A program made the translations under genes and the position numbers. From Hydrolagus affinis (lineage: Eukaryota), in contig JAAILG010000876.1 in assembly GCA_012026655.1 (NCBI GenBank), forward strand, positions 1 to 64,000: DNA of 64,000 nucleotides. Reading direction: 5' to 3'. Positions 49,036 through 61,976 of this stretch are shown one piece after another; the stretch's first letter is position 1, and every line of letters starts with the position of its first letter. The notes beneath the pieces are model-generated. The model was not told the DNA's origin. It did no database searches and was given only the letters and a program-made list of their open reading frames with translations.

Positions 49036-51544
49036 TATACAGAGTATGAAGTGTTCAAATCCATAAAATGAAGCCCAAAATTTCAATTAAATTTCAGAAA
49101 CATAGACGATGACATCCTTTTCGTTCTCAAAAAAATCATTTGCAAAGTTAACAGATAACGCCTGCAAAATGTATTTCCCCCCCAGACCTCCCTTGAAATA
49201 CTTGGCTTCATCCTGCATTTCACTTGTCAAATGCTGGTATTTATGACATGGAGATATTAGGTTGCGTGATCCTGGTGTGAAATGCCTGAGATCTAGCTCT
49301 CTGGCTCACCATTCTGTCAGTTCCTTGTAGGTGCATGAGGCGATTTTCCAAAAACCTATCAAGACAACAAATTTTTATTTACTCATGCAGCGAAGGTTTG
49401 TGCTGGGAAATGGAACACATTCAGTGTTTTTGCCACAACTGCGCCAAGGTCAGGTACAGCATTTACATCCAAAGTCTTTACTCCAACTATCTGCCTTAGC
49501 CCCTTAACTCAGGAGAGTAACTCTTGCTGTACCAATATGACATTTCCATTTCCCATTGCAGTCGTCTTTGGGTGCTTTTGAGTATTTTTGCCAGTTTAGT
49601 CCTGAATTTGCGGTAGATTTATGCACACATTAGGAATTGGGTGAGTCTGATCTGATTTCCAACAGCCAGAAGTTGGAGACTGGTGTCCCATTAGTCGTCT
49701 GGGTTCATATCCAGGTACAGAGGTGAAAGCACATTGTGTTAATTCATTGTCCTGCCAAGTCACACAGTTTGTGTTGCATCACTTCCCAATCGATCCCTCC
49801 CTATGCAAATGTTGTGTATCTTACCAATTTGATTGTTTTGAGTATCTCTGCGTCTTGCTGAATAGCTGCAATGTGTGAAGATTGACTGACACTTTGGAAT
49901 GTGGCATTGCACAGAGTCAGCAGCTGTTCAGGGTAACAACATGGTGATCTAGTATTTCTGTTTTACTCCTTTAAATATTGTGACGTACGACAGCCATGCT
50001 GTGAGCTGTGAGGTATGGTGGCTAATATTCCTTTCTGAGCCTGCTTGGAGCCATCTCTCACATCTCCAGTCAGACAGGTCAGCAACACACTGGTGGAGAC
50101 CTGCAAACTGACATTTGCAGGGAGCAACAACCACAGGTTCAATGTGTTGATGCAGCAGCATTGACCGAATGATGGTTCCCAGCCTTTCTCTCAAATTCAA
50201 ATCCATTCGGTTCCTGTTAACCTTGGATAACCAAAGTACTAGCGAGGAGTATGGTACAAGCCGGACAAGTGGAAAAGTTTGCTGGACAGGAATATCGATG
50301 GTAAGCTGTGCGGTTTTCGTTGTTAGACTCCATTATCCTAATGCACACTCTGGGGACCCCAAACCTTGGCTCTTTCCAATCTGCTCCAAACAACAGAATT
50401 AGATAAGATGAATTCTCCAGGGGAGAATTCTATTCCAACAACCCATCTCTGAGATCTCCATGTATAGGTGGGATGCATGGAAATCTCAGCTTGGTTGGAA
50501 ACCTTGTGGATTTGATGAAACCAACTACCTTCTAATTGAATCCACTCTGAAATTCTGAAACCTGAGGCGTAGTTCTAGCATCTGAGAGTAGTAGAAAATG
50601 TAACCAAATTTGAAATTGGGGGAAAGCAAGGAGGAGGAATCCAGTTATCCACAGAAGTGTTTGATTTTGTTGAGTGCAAGAGATCAAAGAAAGGATTATT
50701 TGTAGAGGCAGCACTTCCTCAACTCCTGCCATTTGGGTTACGATCATTGAGAGATGAAACCTATGATGCTGGCAGCATCTGTGACCACATTTTATGCATC
50801 CTAAGACATTATGTCTACCCAGATATTAGTACAATAGGGTGGGGTGGGTGGGTGGGGGGATAGGAGGAGGCAAATTCTGTGATCTGCCTGTTCAACGGAT
50901 GCAAAACAAAAAGCCATAAAGATCCATTCTATGCCTTTAATAAGATTTAGGAAGGGAAGCCTTGATGTCTGGGTATATGCCCATACTATATGCAGTACCT
51001 CTAACTGCATTTCACTGACTCTTACGGTGCAAACCATCGTACATTGTGCCCAAAGACTGAGGAGTACAAGCTGTGTTTCCCACAATAAGACAACTCCAAA
51101 CTGTAAATCATAACTGCAGCACCATTATATCCACTTGTGGCTCTCATAACATCATAATTCTATTGGAGGAATGCAGCATAATTTACAAGGCCAGTAAAAC
51201 TCACAACTATTCACCAGAGCTATGTTGCTTTATTATCACCTCCCGATTCCATCCATTTAAATAGGCTGTTCCAAAGACCACACAAACGTCAGGCAAGCAA
51301 CATTTATCAGCAGCAAGGCCACACTCTAACTTTTGAACTTGTGCAGCTGCTGTCTAATTCCTTATTGGGGGAGTTTGGTTAGGGGTGGTGGGGTGGGGAA
51401 GAGACTGAAGAAGGTGTCTCAAGCTGCTCAAGATGTATAATTTCACTGGTCACCCCTGGAGAGAGGTGTGTGGAGGGCTTGGCAGACATGAGAGTGCCAC
51501 AGCAATTGAGTGACATGTAGGTTTGGCACAAAAGATTAGCACGC

Positions 51545-51665
51545 TGGCCTTTTTGCCTCTCGTTACTGGATTTGAATCCAATCCAGACTAAAAAGATGAA
51601 AGCCTCCACTCCCTGCTGGCTGTAAGTGTTCTGTGTGAAGTGAAATGTATTGGGACAGTTTCAAA
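51545..51665 (+). mobile_element. LF-SINE-like 5' fragment
   Basis: ggcctttttgcctctcgttactggatttgaatccaatccag..gaaagcc..gctggctgtaag..tgtgaagtga resembles the LF-SINE head. Confidence 0.4.
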
Positions 51666-51884
51666 TAGTCCATTTAAATTCAGTTTATAATTTGCCTTTC
51701 ATGGTGTAATTGAGGAGGCTCTACATTGCACTTGTATTTGACTGGGTCTATTATTATGAACATGTAATTAAAATGTCTGGGCTCTTGCTATGTCCTTGTG
51801 ACATACGAGGCATAAAATCAAATGCTGAGTTGCATTTATGGTATTAGACTAAGTTGAATGAACTTTTTCTAACCCTGCATATAT

Positions 51885-52300
51885 CATTGATGAAGTAACA
51901 TTTGGAATACTGTGTATACTAGTTTTAGGCTCTGTACTATCAGAAGGACATTGAAGTATTGCAGATGGTTTGAAGAAGAGCAACAAGATAATTCTGCGAC
52001 ACCAAACTCTATATTACGAGATAAGACTCACAGCTGAATGAATCTCAATAGAAAAACAGATTATGAGGAGCTATGTTAAGGTCTTTAAGATAATGAAAGA
52101 CATAGATGATGTAAGCAGACAACTTGACTTAGACCGTGAGGGCACAACTCGAGCGATATTGGTTTAAAACTAACAAATATACAGGGAAATATAGTTTAGT
52201 TGAATATCCTCCCCACATATTCACAGGTTTGTGGATGGAAAGGAGCAGCTGATGTTGGTTTGATTAACTTCTTTTTAAGAAAAAAATGGATACATATCTG
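51885..52300 (+). mobile_element. Old CR1 LINE ORF2 3' fragment
   Basis: catttggaatactgtgta..gaaggacattgaagtattgcagatggtttgaagaagagcaacaagataatt = degenerate HLEYCV..KDI..LE.VQRRAT. Confidence 0.65.
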
Positions 52301-52654
52301 CTTCACAACACACAGATCGGTGTAAATTGAGATCTACAGAACAGAATGATTTGTGGAATGCTGTCTGGGGAGGAAAGGAGGCCAGATTTAAATAGTGGTA
52401 ATTGTACTGGAGTTCTTGGTTGATTTCACATTGGGGCTCAGGGAATACACAGGAGAAGGGAAATTATTTGGGAGTGATTATTGTTCATTTGGTGAAAATC
52501 CCAAATCAATATGAATTTAGCATCATCAGGTTTCTTTTTCTCATTTTTCCATGAGAGGTACATGGCATATATAAACCAGGGAACAAGGGTGCTGTCTCAC
52601 CTTTAGATAAAACAAATTATAAATTGTAATTTGCTTCCAGTGATCATAATGAAT

Positions 52655-54240
52655 AACAAAAAAAAATTACATTTATAGAGTGCTTTTCACATCGGGAGGA
52701 GACCCAAGGCTCTGAACAGTCAGGGGTCAGAACTCGATGTTGGGAAAAACTCAGGATCAGAAATCCCAACACCAAGCAAGGGGGAGGGAGGGCAGTGTAG
52801 GGGTTAGGGGAGGCAGAGAGGTGGGAGGGCAGCAGAAGGTACGGTCAAAAAGGAGGCCAGGGAGGAAGTGAGGGGGAGGGACTGTGGGTTCAAATTCCAG
52901 AGTGCGGGGGAAGAGAAGCTGAAAGCCTGGCCACCGATGGTAGGGTGGGTCGGGCGCTGAACGGACGGAGCGGGCAGGTTGGTAGGGAGTCAGCAAGTCG
53001 GAGAGGTAGGAGGGGGCAAGGACATGGGTGGCCTTGAAAGCGAAGATGAGGATCTTGAATTCTATCCTCTGGAGGATGGGACAATGGAATTGGAACTGGG
53101 CAAGGGTGTTAGTGATGGGGTCACAGAGCCTGGTGTGGGAGAGGGCATGAGCTGCACTGTTTTGGATGATCTGCAGCTTGTGAATGGAAGAGTTGGGAAG
53201 GCCGACGAGAAGGGAGTTTCTGTAGTCAAGCCTTGATGTGACAAATGCATGGGTCTGGGTTTCAGAGGCCTGAAGGGTGAGGCAGTGGCGGAGTTGGGCA
53301 ATGTGGTGGAGGTGGTGGAAGGCAGTGCTGTTCATGGCATGGATGTGGGGAGAAAGAACAGTTCAGAGTCAACCAAGACACCCAGCTTCCTGACTGGCTT
53401 CCTGAGGTGAAGTGTGCAGCCATGGATGCCAGTGCTGCCAGCACCTGAGGTGCGAAGGCGCTGGTGTGAGCCAATCAGGGGGCCTTGGTCTTACTAACGT
53501 TGAGCTGGAGAAAGTTGTCCCTTGTCCAGGACTTGGTGTTGGCATGCAGTCAGGACGCTAGTTCAACAACAACAAAATTACATTTATAGACCGCCTTTCA
53601 CATTGGGAGGACATCTCAAGGTGCTGAAAGTAGTCCTGGAGTTAAGGGTGAAGGCGGAGAGGTAGAGCTGAGTCATCCACATATAAGTAGAAATTTACCC
53701 CATGTCTGTGGATGATGTCACCAAGGCAGATCATGTAGAGGGTGAAGAGGAGGGGTCTGAGGACAGAACCCTGAGGAACGCCGCACGAGACGATACGGGG
53801 GCTGGAAGAAAACCCGTTGGCAGACACAAAGTGAGAAGGTTGGAAAGATAGGACCTGAAGCAATCATTGACGGAACCTTGAAGGTTGAAGTAGCCGGAGA
53901 GGAGATGGAGGAGAATTGAATGTCTTCATTGTCAAAGGCGGCAGATAGGTTGAGGAGAACGAGAAGACAGAGGGAGCCCTGGTCGCAGATGGTCAGTATG
54001 TTATTTGTGACCTTGACCAGAGCAGTTTCCATGCAGTGAGCAGCACAGAAGCCCAATTGAAGGGGCTCATGGAGGGAATGGGAGGACAGGAAAGAGCGAA
54101 GCTGGGAAGCAATGACTCTTTCAAGGACTTTGGACAGAAAAGGGAAGTTGGAGATGGGCTGGTAGTTGGAGAGCTGTGATGCATCAAGGGAAGTTTTCTT
54201 CAGGGTGGGAATGATAGTGGCTGTTTTGAGGAAAGTGCTA
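52655..54240 (-). mobile_element. Longest L2-clade LINE fragment (about 1.6 kb, frameshifted RT to 3' tail)
   Basis: Minus ORFs: [88 protein letters not shown]. Tail at about 52655-52715. Confidence 0.93.
53564..53628 (-). mobile_element. Tail-only L2 copy nested inside the larger L2
   Basis: caacaacaacaaaattacatttatagaccgcctttcacattgggaggacatctcaaggtgctg interrupts the RT-coding sequence. Confidence 0.8.
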
Positions 54241-55233
54241 GGGTTGTCTCTTCTCATGTTCTGCCCCATAAAATTCTGGAATTAACCTAATAATATCCCA
54301 TTGACGTTTAGAGAATTTATTCAACATTTGGTTACTGTGTAGCCAGGATCGTTTCCTAACTTGTTCGATCCCACTCTGCTCAAAGATGATCCTAACATCC
54401 CGTAACGTGAAAGAATAAATCCTGTGTGTTTATTTCAGATTGTTTCCGTGACAGTGGTAATATTGATCCCCACTTTTGGATCATAGATGCTCTCCTCCTC
54501 ACATCTGATGTCTAATTTCTCATTCTTTTATTTGATGGTCTGCCAAGTTTTGTTTCCAACTACTTGTCTACTTGACATCAATGCAATTAGTAATGCCTCC
54601 ATATGAGAGGGCAATGTCAGATATTGACATCTTGTAAATGTGATCAGTTTCCCTATTTGTGTGTGCGAGAGAGAGAGAAATATCCCAGGGGAATTTCAAC
54701 AAATCACCAGTATTGCCTTTTTCTGTAGCAGTTGCATAATTTGCCCCCACTGACCCACCCCAACGCACCCTCCCTCCCCAACTCATTATCAGGTCTTCTA
54801 GTCTGTTGAGGTTGGCAGTCGTCAACCTTGCCTTTACCACAGGGATGGAAAGCCTATTACTAATACTTTCACATTGGGAGGACATCTCAAAGTTCTACAC
54901 AGAATATGTAAAGTGTAGTGTAGTATATGTAGGCAAATTTGGTAGCAAATTTGCTCACCGCAAATGCACCCATAAAACTATGAAATGAGTGAACAATTCT
55001 ATCTGGGGCAGCAATGTAATTGAGGCAAATTATCTGCCTTCACTGGAGAATTTATAAGCAGCAAGTCCTCCCCTGTATTTTGAAAAGTAATTAACATAGG
55101 CAATTAGGGAGGAAATTATGATTAAACCAGGAAATATTGCCTCCAATAAATTAGTAATTGACATGTGATTTTTATTACAGGAATGGTGGGTTTTATAGAC
55201 GTATAGTCAATACCCTGGAATTTATAGAGCATA

Positions 55234-55258
55234 AACACACACACACACACACACACAC
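55234..55258. repeat. (CA)n microsatellite
   Basis: acacacac... seen directly. Confidence 0.9.
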
Positions 55259-57084
55259 CATCTAGGCACTATCCATGTGCATTTCATGAAGACATGAAAT
55301 TGAACTTAATCTTCTAAAGGGTGGCTTGATATATTCGGTTTCAAACCAAGTGTTTTCATGAATCTCCATGATTAGAGAATAGAGCCAACTACCCTTGCAT
55401 GCTGCCTGTACAAGTAAACTGTGCAGGACTATTATTATCCTAGGCCTTATTGTGCTTCAATTCCTCAGCTCCAATCTCCCTGGAAGTATGCCCAATGGAG
55501 ACCTAAAATATAGCTCCACCTCTTCCCTCTCCCCTAATGGCTGCCTACTGTTCACTCAGCCATGCATTGATGACTTTGTATCCGCAGGTCTGCAGTCTAC
55601 AGGTTACTGACTATCCCGTCTTTTAGTCTTGTCCAAATACTCCTTTAAAATAGACGTCTATTTTCTTTCTCTACCTTTCAGGTGTTGTAATGATGCAGCT
55701 ATGGTCATTGTGCCTCAGAACGTTTCTCTCCTGATTTTCTACCTGCTCTTCTACCTGTATCTCATCCTGATCTCATTCACCTATATTCTCTCCTGATCTA
55801 AGAGTCAGCTTTGCTCAGTTGGGAGCAACTCCTGCTTCTGTGTTATAAGAAAGTTGATTGATGTCTTAACATGAGCTCGTAGTCCATGTTGCCACTCCAG
55901 TTGTTATTCACTTCATTGCTGGGTGCAAATTGGTTCCTGAATTTGCCTACAATTATGCAGTTACTACACTTAACACCAGTTATCTGTGAAACATTTTGAG
56001 ACTTTTAGTGTTACAGGCTGTATATGAAATGCAAGGATTATTTTGTTATTATGGTTTCACAGCTTTGAGATTTTCTCTGACACCTACCTCACCGAGTTAT
56101 TGTTGTTCGTGTGTGTGGCTAGAGTGAGTGGAGGTATTTGACCAGGAGGGGAACACCTCACCATCAATTAATAGCAGGTCAAAAAGGAAAGCTCAGCAGC
56201 TCCATGGATTTGAGATCCTCTACATTTTAGTTCCTGAAAAAGAATGGGTGATATCCACTCGCATTTAATAAAATGCGCTCTGGGATGCAAGTTGCTGTTG
56301 TTGTAATGTAACCATTTTGTACCATCTATTTTAGATCATTTACTTGTGGTTAGATGGGAATAGGTTGACTTTCCCAATCCGGCACAATAACTCCTAAAAA
56401 ATCAAAACTGATTAACCCCAAAGTCTTGCAGTCTACACAGAAACGGATGCTGCAATCATTCCATATTAACTATTTAATTTGCATATCCTGACCAGTTTAG
56501 TGTTACCCTCACAGGGTTCCTGCAATCTTTTTCTGCCATTTTGTAATTCAACCCAAGCAGGGAAAGCAGTGATCTGAGTCTACGCTTTAACTGCATCTGG
56601 CCTGGAAGAGGCTTGAATCTGTATAGCTTTGCCTCCCTGTTGCTGGTTCGGCTTCCCCCGCTCACTTTAATGAACAGTTTGTTTGCCAATCTCACTGACA
56701 CAGCACATTGACCCAGCACGCTTATTACTGTTCTCCTGCTAATTCGAGCAGACAATATTCCTTTACTGTCGGCCAAATTTGACTATGATTCAAAGTCATC
56801 AGAAGAAAATAAAATCAAAGCTGCACGGCATTCCTTTTCAAAATGTTCCAACATTCCCCAAATTCTTCGCACTTTCATTACATTTCATATTGTACACTAC
56901 AGAGCAACTTAACAGTTTCCAGGCTTGTCTGATATCTGCAGAACAGCTGTACTTTATATTATGTCTAGGTATAAGGTTTAACTATAGTAATTGGGATTTT
57001 TGTTCTGCCTCTTTCTCTACCCCTCCCCCCATCATTCCCTCCAAATGGATCAAGACTGCAATTGGACTTGATCTAAGTCCAGAG

Positions 57085-57210
57085 TCTATTTTGATACTGT
57101 TGCATGCTCTGATGTGGACCTACCTTGAGCACTGTGTCCAGTTCTAGGCACCCAACTTAGCATGTGCAGTCACTGAAGATGGTGCACAGAAGGGCCATCA
57201 AGCTTATTCG
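57085..57210 (+). mobile_element. CR1 LINE ORF2 fragment
   Basis: The ORF ending HALMWTYLEHCVQF* is a degenerate (Y)xALVRPHLEYCVQFW, followed by gtgcacagaagggccatcaagcttatt. Confidence 0.68.
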
Positions 57211-57821
57211 GGTCTGTCTTGACACAAAAACATCAGAAAATATTAACAAGAGAGAAATCTGTTCAAGTTTGTTCCTTACTCACTCCATATAAAGCCTACC
57301 CTATTGTGGATTCCATCCTTATCTATTTTATCTATTATTGGAAAGTTCTGCTTCCCAATAGTAACCCAGACTGTTAATCTTTACCCAGGTTTCCACTATT
57401 CAACCATGCTCTACAGTTCTTAGTTGTGAAACAAGTCAACTCACAATTAAAACAAAGCAAAAACAGAAATGGTTTCATCCAGACCTTTCTTGTGATCTTG
57501 GGTACCTCCACCCTTATTATTATATGGGACATATTTCCACTCCTAATTAGAGCACTTCTTTTCTGCAAGTCTGTGTTGATTTTGAGTTGGATAATAAAAG
57601 TCAACTAAAGCCCAGGGGGAAGTAGCTTTACTCATGGTATACCTGCTAGAATAAAGGAAAATAACCTTGCTACAAAGCTTCCCTATAGTGAAACAATTTC
57701 ACACAAGCAATCCAAGGCTCTTGCCTCCTCCTGCACTTGGCCAACAATACGTCCTACAGGGAGGAACCAGTGATATTATTGGGAGCAATAGCTTTGGGCA
57801 GACATTCTGTTCCAAGAAAAT

Positions 57822-58330
57822 TTACAACTTGCATTTATATAGTGCCCTTCACATCTGCAAGGTCTTGAAGTGCTTTACAAAGAAAGTATTGAATAATGAG
57901 AAAGAGAGAGGAGAGTGGGAAGTGGGAGATGCCCATAGACACAGCCAATGAGAAAGGTTTTAAGATGGGATTTGAAGATCAATGGAAGGGGAGAGAGAGG
58001 AAATTCCAGAGGTTAGAAGCATAGTATCGAAAGACTCAATCATTGATTGGATCAGGAAGGAGGCAGGGGATGTGTGGCAATTTCACGTCAGTCTGGAAGA
58101 GTGGGAGAGCAGAGCACTGGAATAAACAAATCAGAGATTGGGAAGTGCTGGGACATGAAATGATGATGGTGAGGAACTTGAAATCTATCCTCAGTGAGAC
58201 GGTGGAGGCTGGAGAGAACTAGGGAGTTTGGTGCATGTGAAGATGAAGGCAGTAGCATTTTAGATAATCTGGAGTTTGTGAATGGTGCAACTGGGGTAGT
58301 GAACCGAGGAATGCATTTGAAGGTCAGTGG
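57822..58330 (-). mobile_element. Older L2-clade LINE 3' fragment
   Basis: acaacttgcatttatatagtgcccttcaca tail; ggcagtagcattttagataatctggagttt (degenerate LQIIQNAAA). Confidence 0.65.
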
Positions 58331-60655
58331 ATCTCTTTTGGACTGAGTTGGCTCCAATGGAAGATTGGAATTGAATCAGTTATTATAGCCATCCTAGTTG
58401 TCCAGTTTTTGAGGCAGATCCAATGTACTTCAAGGTAGTTTTGAAAAATGACTTGTAATCTTAATCAGAATTTGAAGAAGTGAACTGATCTCTAGGGGAA
58501 GATATTCCTTCCACTCAGCCCTTGTTAACCTTACAAACCAAATCCCTAATATGTAGGGTGGACCTAGATGACTAGTAATGAGAAAATTGCTAGTGTTTGT
58601 CATGGCAAGCTGCATATATTTAGCTAAACTCAAGTTAAATCGTGGGCACTTGATCCCGAAGCTTGGCTCTTTACCTAAACTCTGAGGGATTAGGTAAATT
58701 AGGGTGTGTGTTCCTCTAAAGAGAGAGTGAGTACTACATACCAAACAAAAAGAAACCATCCATGTGTGGAATTCTCAGTAGTTTGGTTTGGAGGCTGTTA
58801 AGCACGATAATGGTTTTGGATTTCCCTGTGTGTCAGAAACGAGGCTGATTTAAAAAAAAAATTGTTTTCAGAACTTAATTTTTCTCTGTTCTTCAGTGAA
58901 AAGTATTGTGAACACATCTAGATTTCAGCTCCCTCTGCATTGTGGTATATGGTTAATCACAAGACCAGTACAGAGTGTGGATCACTAGCTGAACTAAAAA
59001 ACAAACCTTGGTCGGGTCCCCTTCTAAACTCTTCTCTCTCGGCTGCCTGTGCAGTATTTTCATCTTGTACCTCTGCTGGGCTTGGTGCCAGCCTCGCTGT
59101 GCTGTTCTGCAGCCCATTTTTACCTTTGCTAACCTTTGCGTTTGCTGCCAGTCCATTTATTTTTCTTTCCTTCCTCCCTGTTGTAACACAATATGTTCCT
59201 AATAAAGAATTTCACGTCCCCCACCCCATTCCAAGTGTCAGCAGCTCTTCACCTTTAATTTGTTAAATTCGCCCAAATTTGTTATGTTAAAACTCACTCG
59301 TGTACACATATGGGTCAGCAGAGGTTTGTCTTGCTGCTGATATTAACAGTGTGCTTGCTGGCTGCCCTGCACAGCATACCATCGTCCTGTTGGGTCTATG
59401 GCTATTTTTCCACATCTGTACGAGGAGTATGTGAGATGGAATAGTGGAAGATTTATTTATTTTTTACTTTGGGACCAGCCAGATGGACCACAGAGGTCTT
59501 TTCTGATCCTGTACATTCCTATGTTCTTATGTCTGCTTACAAATCTTCCCTTCAGTTTTCTCCTTTTGTCTCCTGAATGCATAGACTCGTGCTGGATACA
59601 CCGATACCTCGCTCCTTGTGGCCAGTCTTCACACACGAGTCCAACACTGAAGCTATTGACGAATGGGAGGTTATCACAGCTGAGTTTGATTCTGTCCTCC
59701 CTTGACGTCTAAACACATCCACTTTCCAACAAGAGTCACTGGATTGGAATCCAGAATAGAATCCCTGAATGTTTTCCCCCTTCGTAGCCCATGAGTGCTG
59801 AGGTCATTGTAGCGCCCCATACTTGTGGTCAAATAACTCTATAACATTATACTTACCAACTGATCCATCAGGGAGCTTTCTATGTGCTCTCTTTTTCACG
59901 GTCTTGGGTCTGCATATATAATGCACCTAGGTTCCCATTAGCTTTGCATCTCTAGGTTGTTAGTTCAATTTATGCAATCTAATCTCCCCAAAACTGGAAC
60001 TAAACTGTCTCAGAGGAGACACACAAGGCAAGGCATGTCTGCAGTAATCCACGCAATCATCAAGGTGTCGATGTATCTCCATTTTCTCGACACGAATGAG
60101 TGGGGCAGTCCTAACTTGACAAGTGTCCTTTTTCTCCATTCATGTTTTATCTTTGAGAGTAATGTGTTAGTTTTAAGAATTGAAACTTAAACAGCAAAGC
60201 AAAAGAAAAGAGACAACATGAGGAGAGAGAGGAGCTCAGGAGAGTTATATTGAGAGAGAGGGAGAAAGAGGAAAAGAAAACTGAAAGGTACTTAAAGAGA
60301 TGCTGGGTAATCACTTACACTCAGGAACACTGACCTCTCTGTCTGCTCTGTGCTTTGAGTTCCACCATCTGTCTTTAGAGAGTTTATTTAGACAAGTCTG
60401 CGATCTCTAGCGAGTGTCTGGCTTGCTCTCAAATCTGTGGCCTGATAGGATTCCAACCAGGGAATGGGGTGGAGGCTTGTGGTGTTTAACTTCTGTAATT
60501 CATCTGCTCTTCATTTCAATATATTTTGTATCTACGAATTGATCAATGACTCGTGCCTTCAGTTTCGCCCCCTGTTCTATTCCATAACTGGGCTCCTTTG
60601 AGAAGGTAGCCATATCTCTGGAAATATCCAATTGAATCAGCTGCTGAAACATAAG

Positions 60656-60724
60656 CAACAACAACAACAACAAATTACATTTATAGAGCGCCTTTCACGT
60701 CGGGAGGACGTCCCAAGGCGCTGC
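60656..60724 (-). mobile_element. Tail-only L2 insertion with intact CpGs
   Basis: caacaacaacaacaacaaattacatttatagagcgcctttcacgtcgggaggacgtcccaaggcgctg. Confidence 0.82.
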
Positions 60725-61366
60725 ACAGGGGGAATGTGATATCAATATGGGAAGCAATATCCCTTCCTCAAGCTGTCTTATTTGGGGTGGAAGTGAAGGG
60801 TTAATGCTGTAACGTTCCATAGCAAACGGTCTTCCAAGTGGCCAGACCTTGGAATTTGCTGTGTTTGTGTAAGATCGGGTGAGTTGTAAAATAAACCGTG
60901 CAGAAATTGGGAAAGAATAACAAGTGTGCTGATTCAAGGTTGTCGGGCATCAGTGATGGGGTTTTCTCTCCTGGTGGATCCGTTACACCATCAGTTTCAT
61001 GTTCAGAAATGTAACCAGAATGACGGCAGTGAAGCACGCAATATTTTGGGGGTGAACCTCCAGGGCAAGGAAAGATAAAGTGGGCAACCGCAATCTTTTG
61101 GAAGTTTCAAGAGATGGGGACAGTGTTGGCACTTAAACTGTTTCTAGATAGTTCAGCCTCAATTCATAGTGATTAGAAATCGAGGTTTGGGGCAGACGAA
61201 AGGGCATTCAGTATTTGTAATTACATTCTCAGTAACTCTTCCTACCCCAGAAATCTGTCACTAACCATGTGCTTACTGCTGTCAATCTAGTTTCATACAT
61301 TCTCAGGGTTAGTAACTATTGCCAGCCAACACCTTGTATCTGTACCTCCTATGTAGCATGTTAATG

Positions 61367-61433
61367 ACAACAACAACAACAAAATTGCATTTATATAGTG
61401 CCTTTCACGTCGGAAGGACATCCCAAAGCGCTG
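61367..61433 (-). mobile_element. Tail-only L2 insertion
   Basis: acaacaacaacaacaaaattgcatttatatagtgcctttcacgtcggaaggacatcccaaagcgctg. Confidence 0.82.
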
Positions 61434-61976
61434 ATATTCTCTACTGCTAATGGGAGGTGGGGGGGTTGGCGTCTGGAAGGATGAGATCAGATGGGCCGAA
61501 CGGCCTTCTTCATCTAAATTGATCTTGTGATGCCCATCCAGCTGTCAAACTCAGTATCCCTTCTCAATCTGAACTCTATCGGCCTTTGTCTCAAGTTTAA
61601 TGTTGAGAAGTGTTTAAGGCATTGAAAGATTGCTCTACTTTGTTCTCATCCCTATGATGTATTGAACAATACAGTGTTGGTATCCACTGGGTAGAGTGCA
61701 ATGAAAAATTAATAAAATAATTAAAATAACATGAACAAAGAACTTGTTAGTGATGGTCAGAATATTGCCCTGGGTGCAAGCTGTGAATTAATTTATATTT
61801 AAAAAATTCTACTACTACCTGGCAATCATTCTTGAGAATTGTCCAAGGAGTATGCATTTTGAGGTTAGGTACAACAAGTGTACAGAGTAATTTACTCCCC
61901 ACATACACACACTTCTGTTTACCTAGCAGTAAGTTGGAATCTAATTGTTAGTCGATTGGCTGATTGCTTTCCAGAG

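Noticed and set aside
52757-54269. RT-like ORFs as a possible domesticated or active reverse transcriptase, or a retron-like system
   Set aside because: Multiple frameshifts and stops, a nested insertion and no endonuclease or ORF1. Ordinary dead L2 copy.
54439-54456. Possible micro-exon (tttatttcag|attgtttccgtgacagtg|gtaata)
   Set aside because: The translation does not resemble the netrin linker, and the true 54-nt linker exon is at 63320-63373. No supporting evidence.
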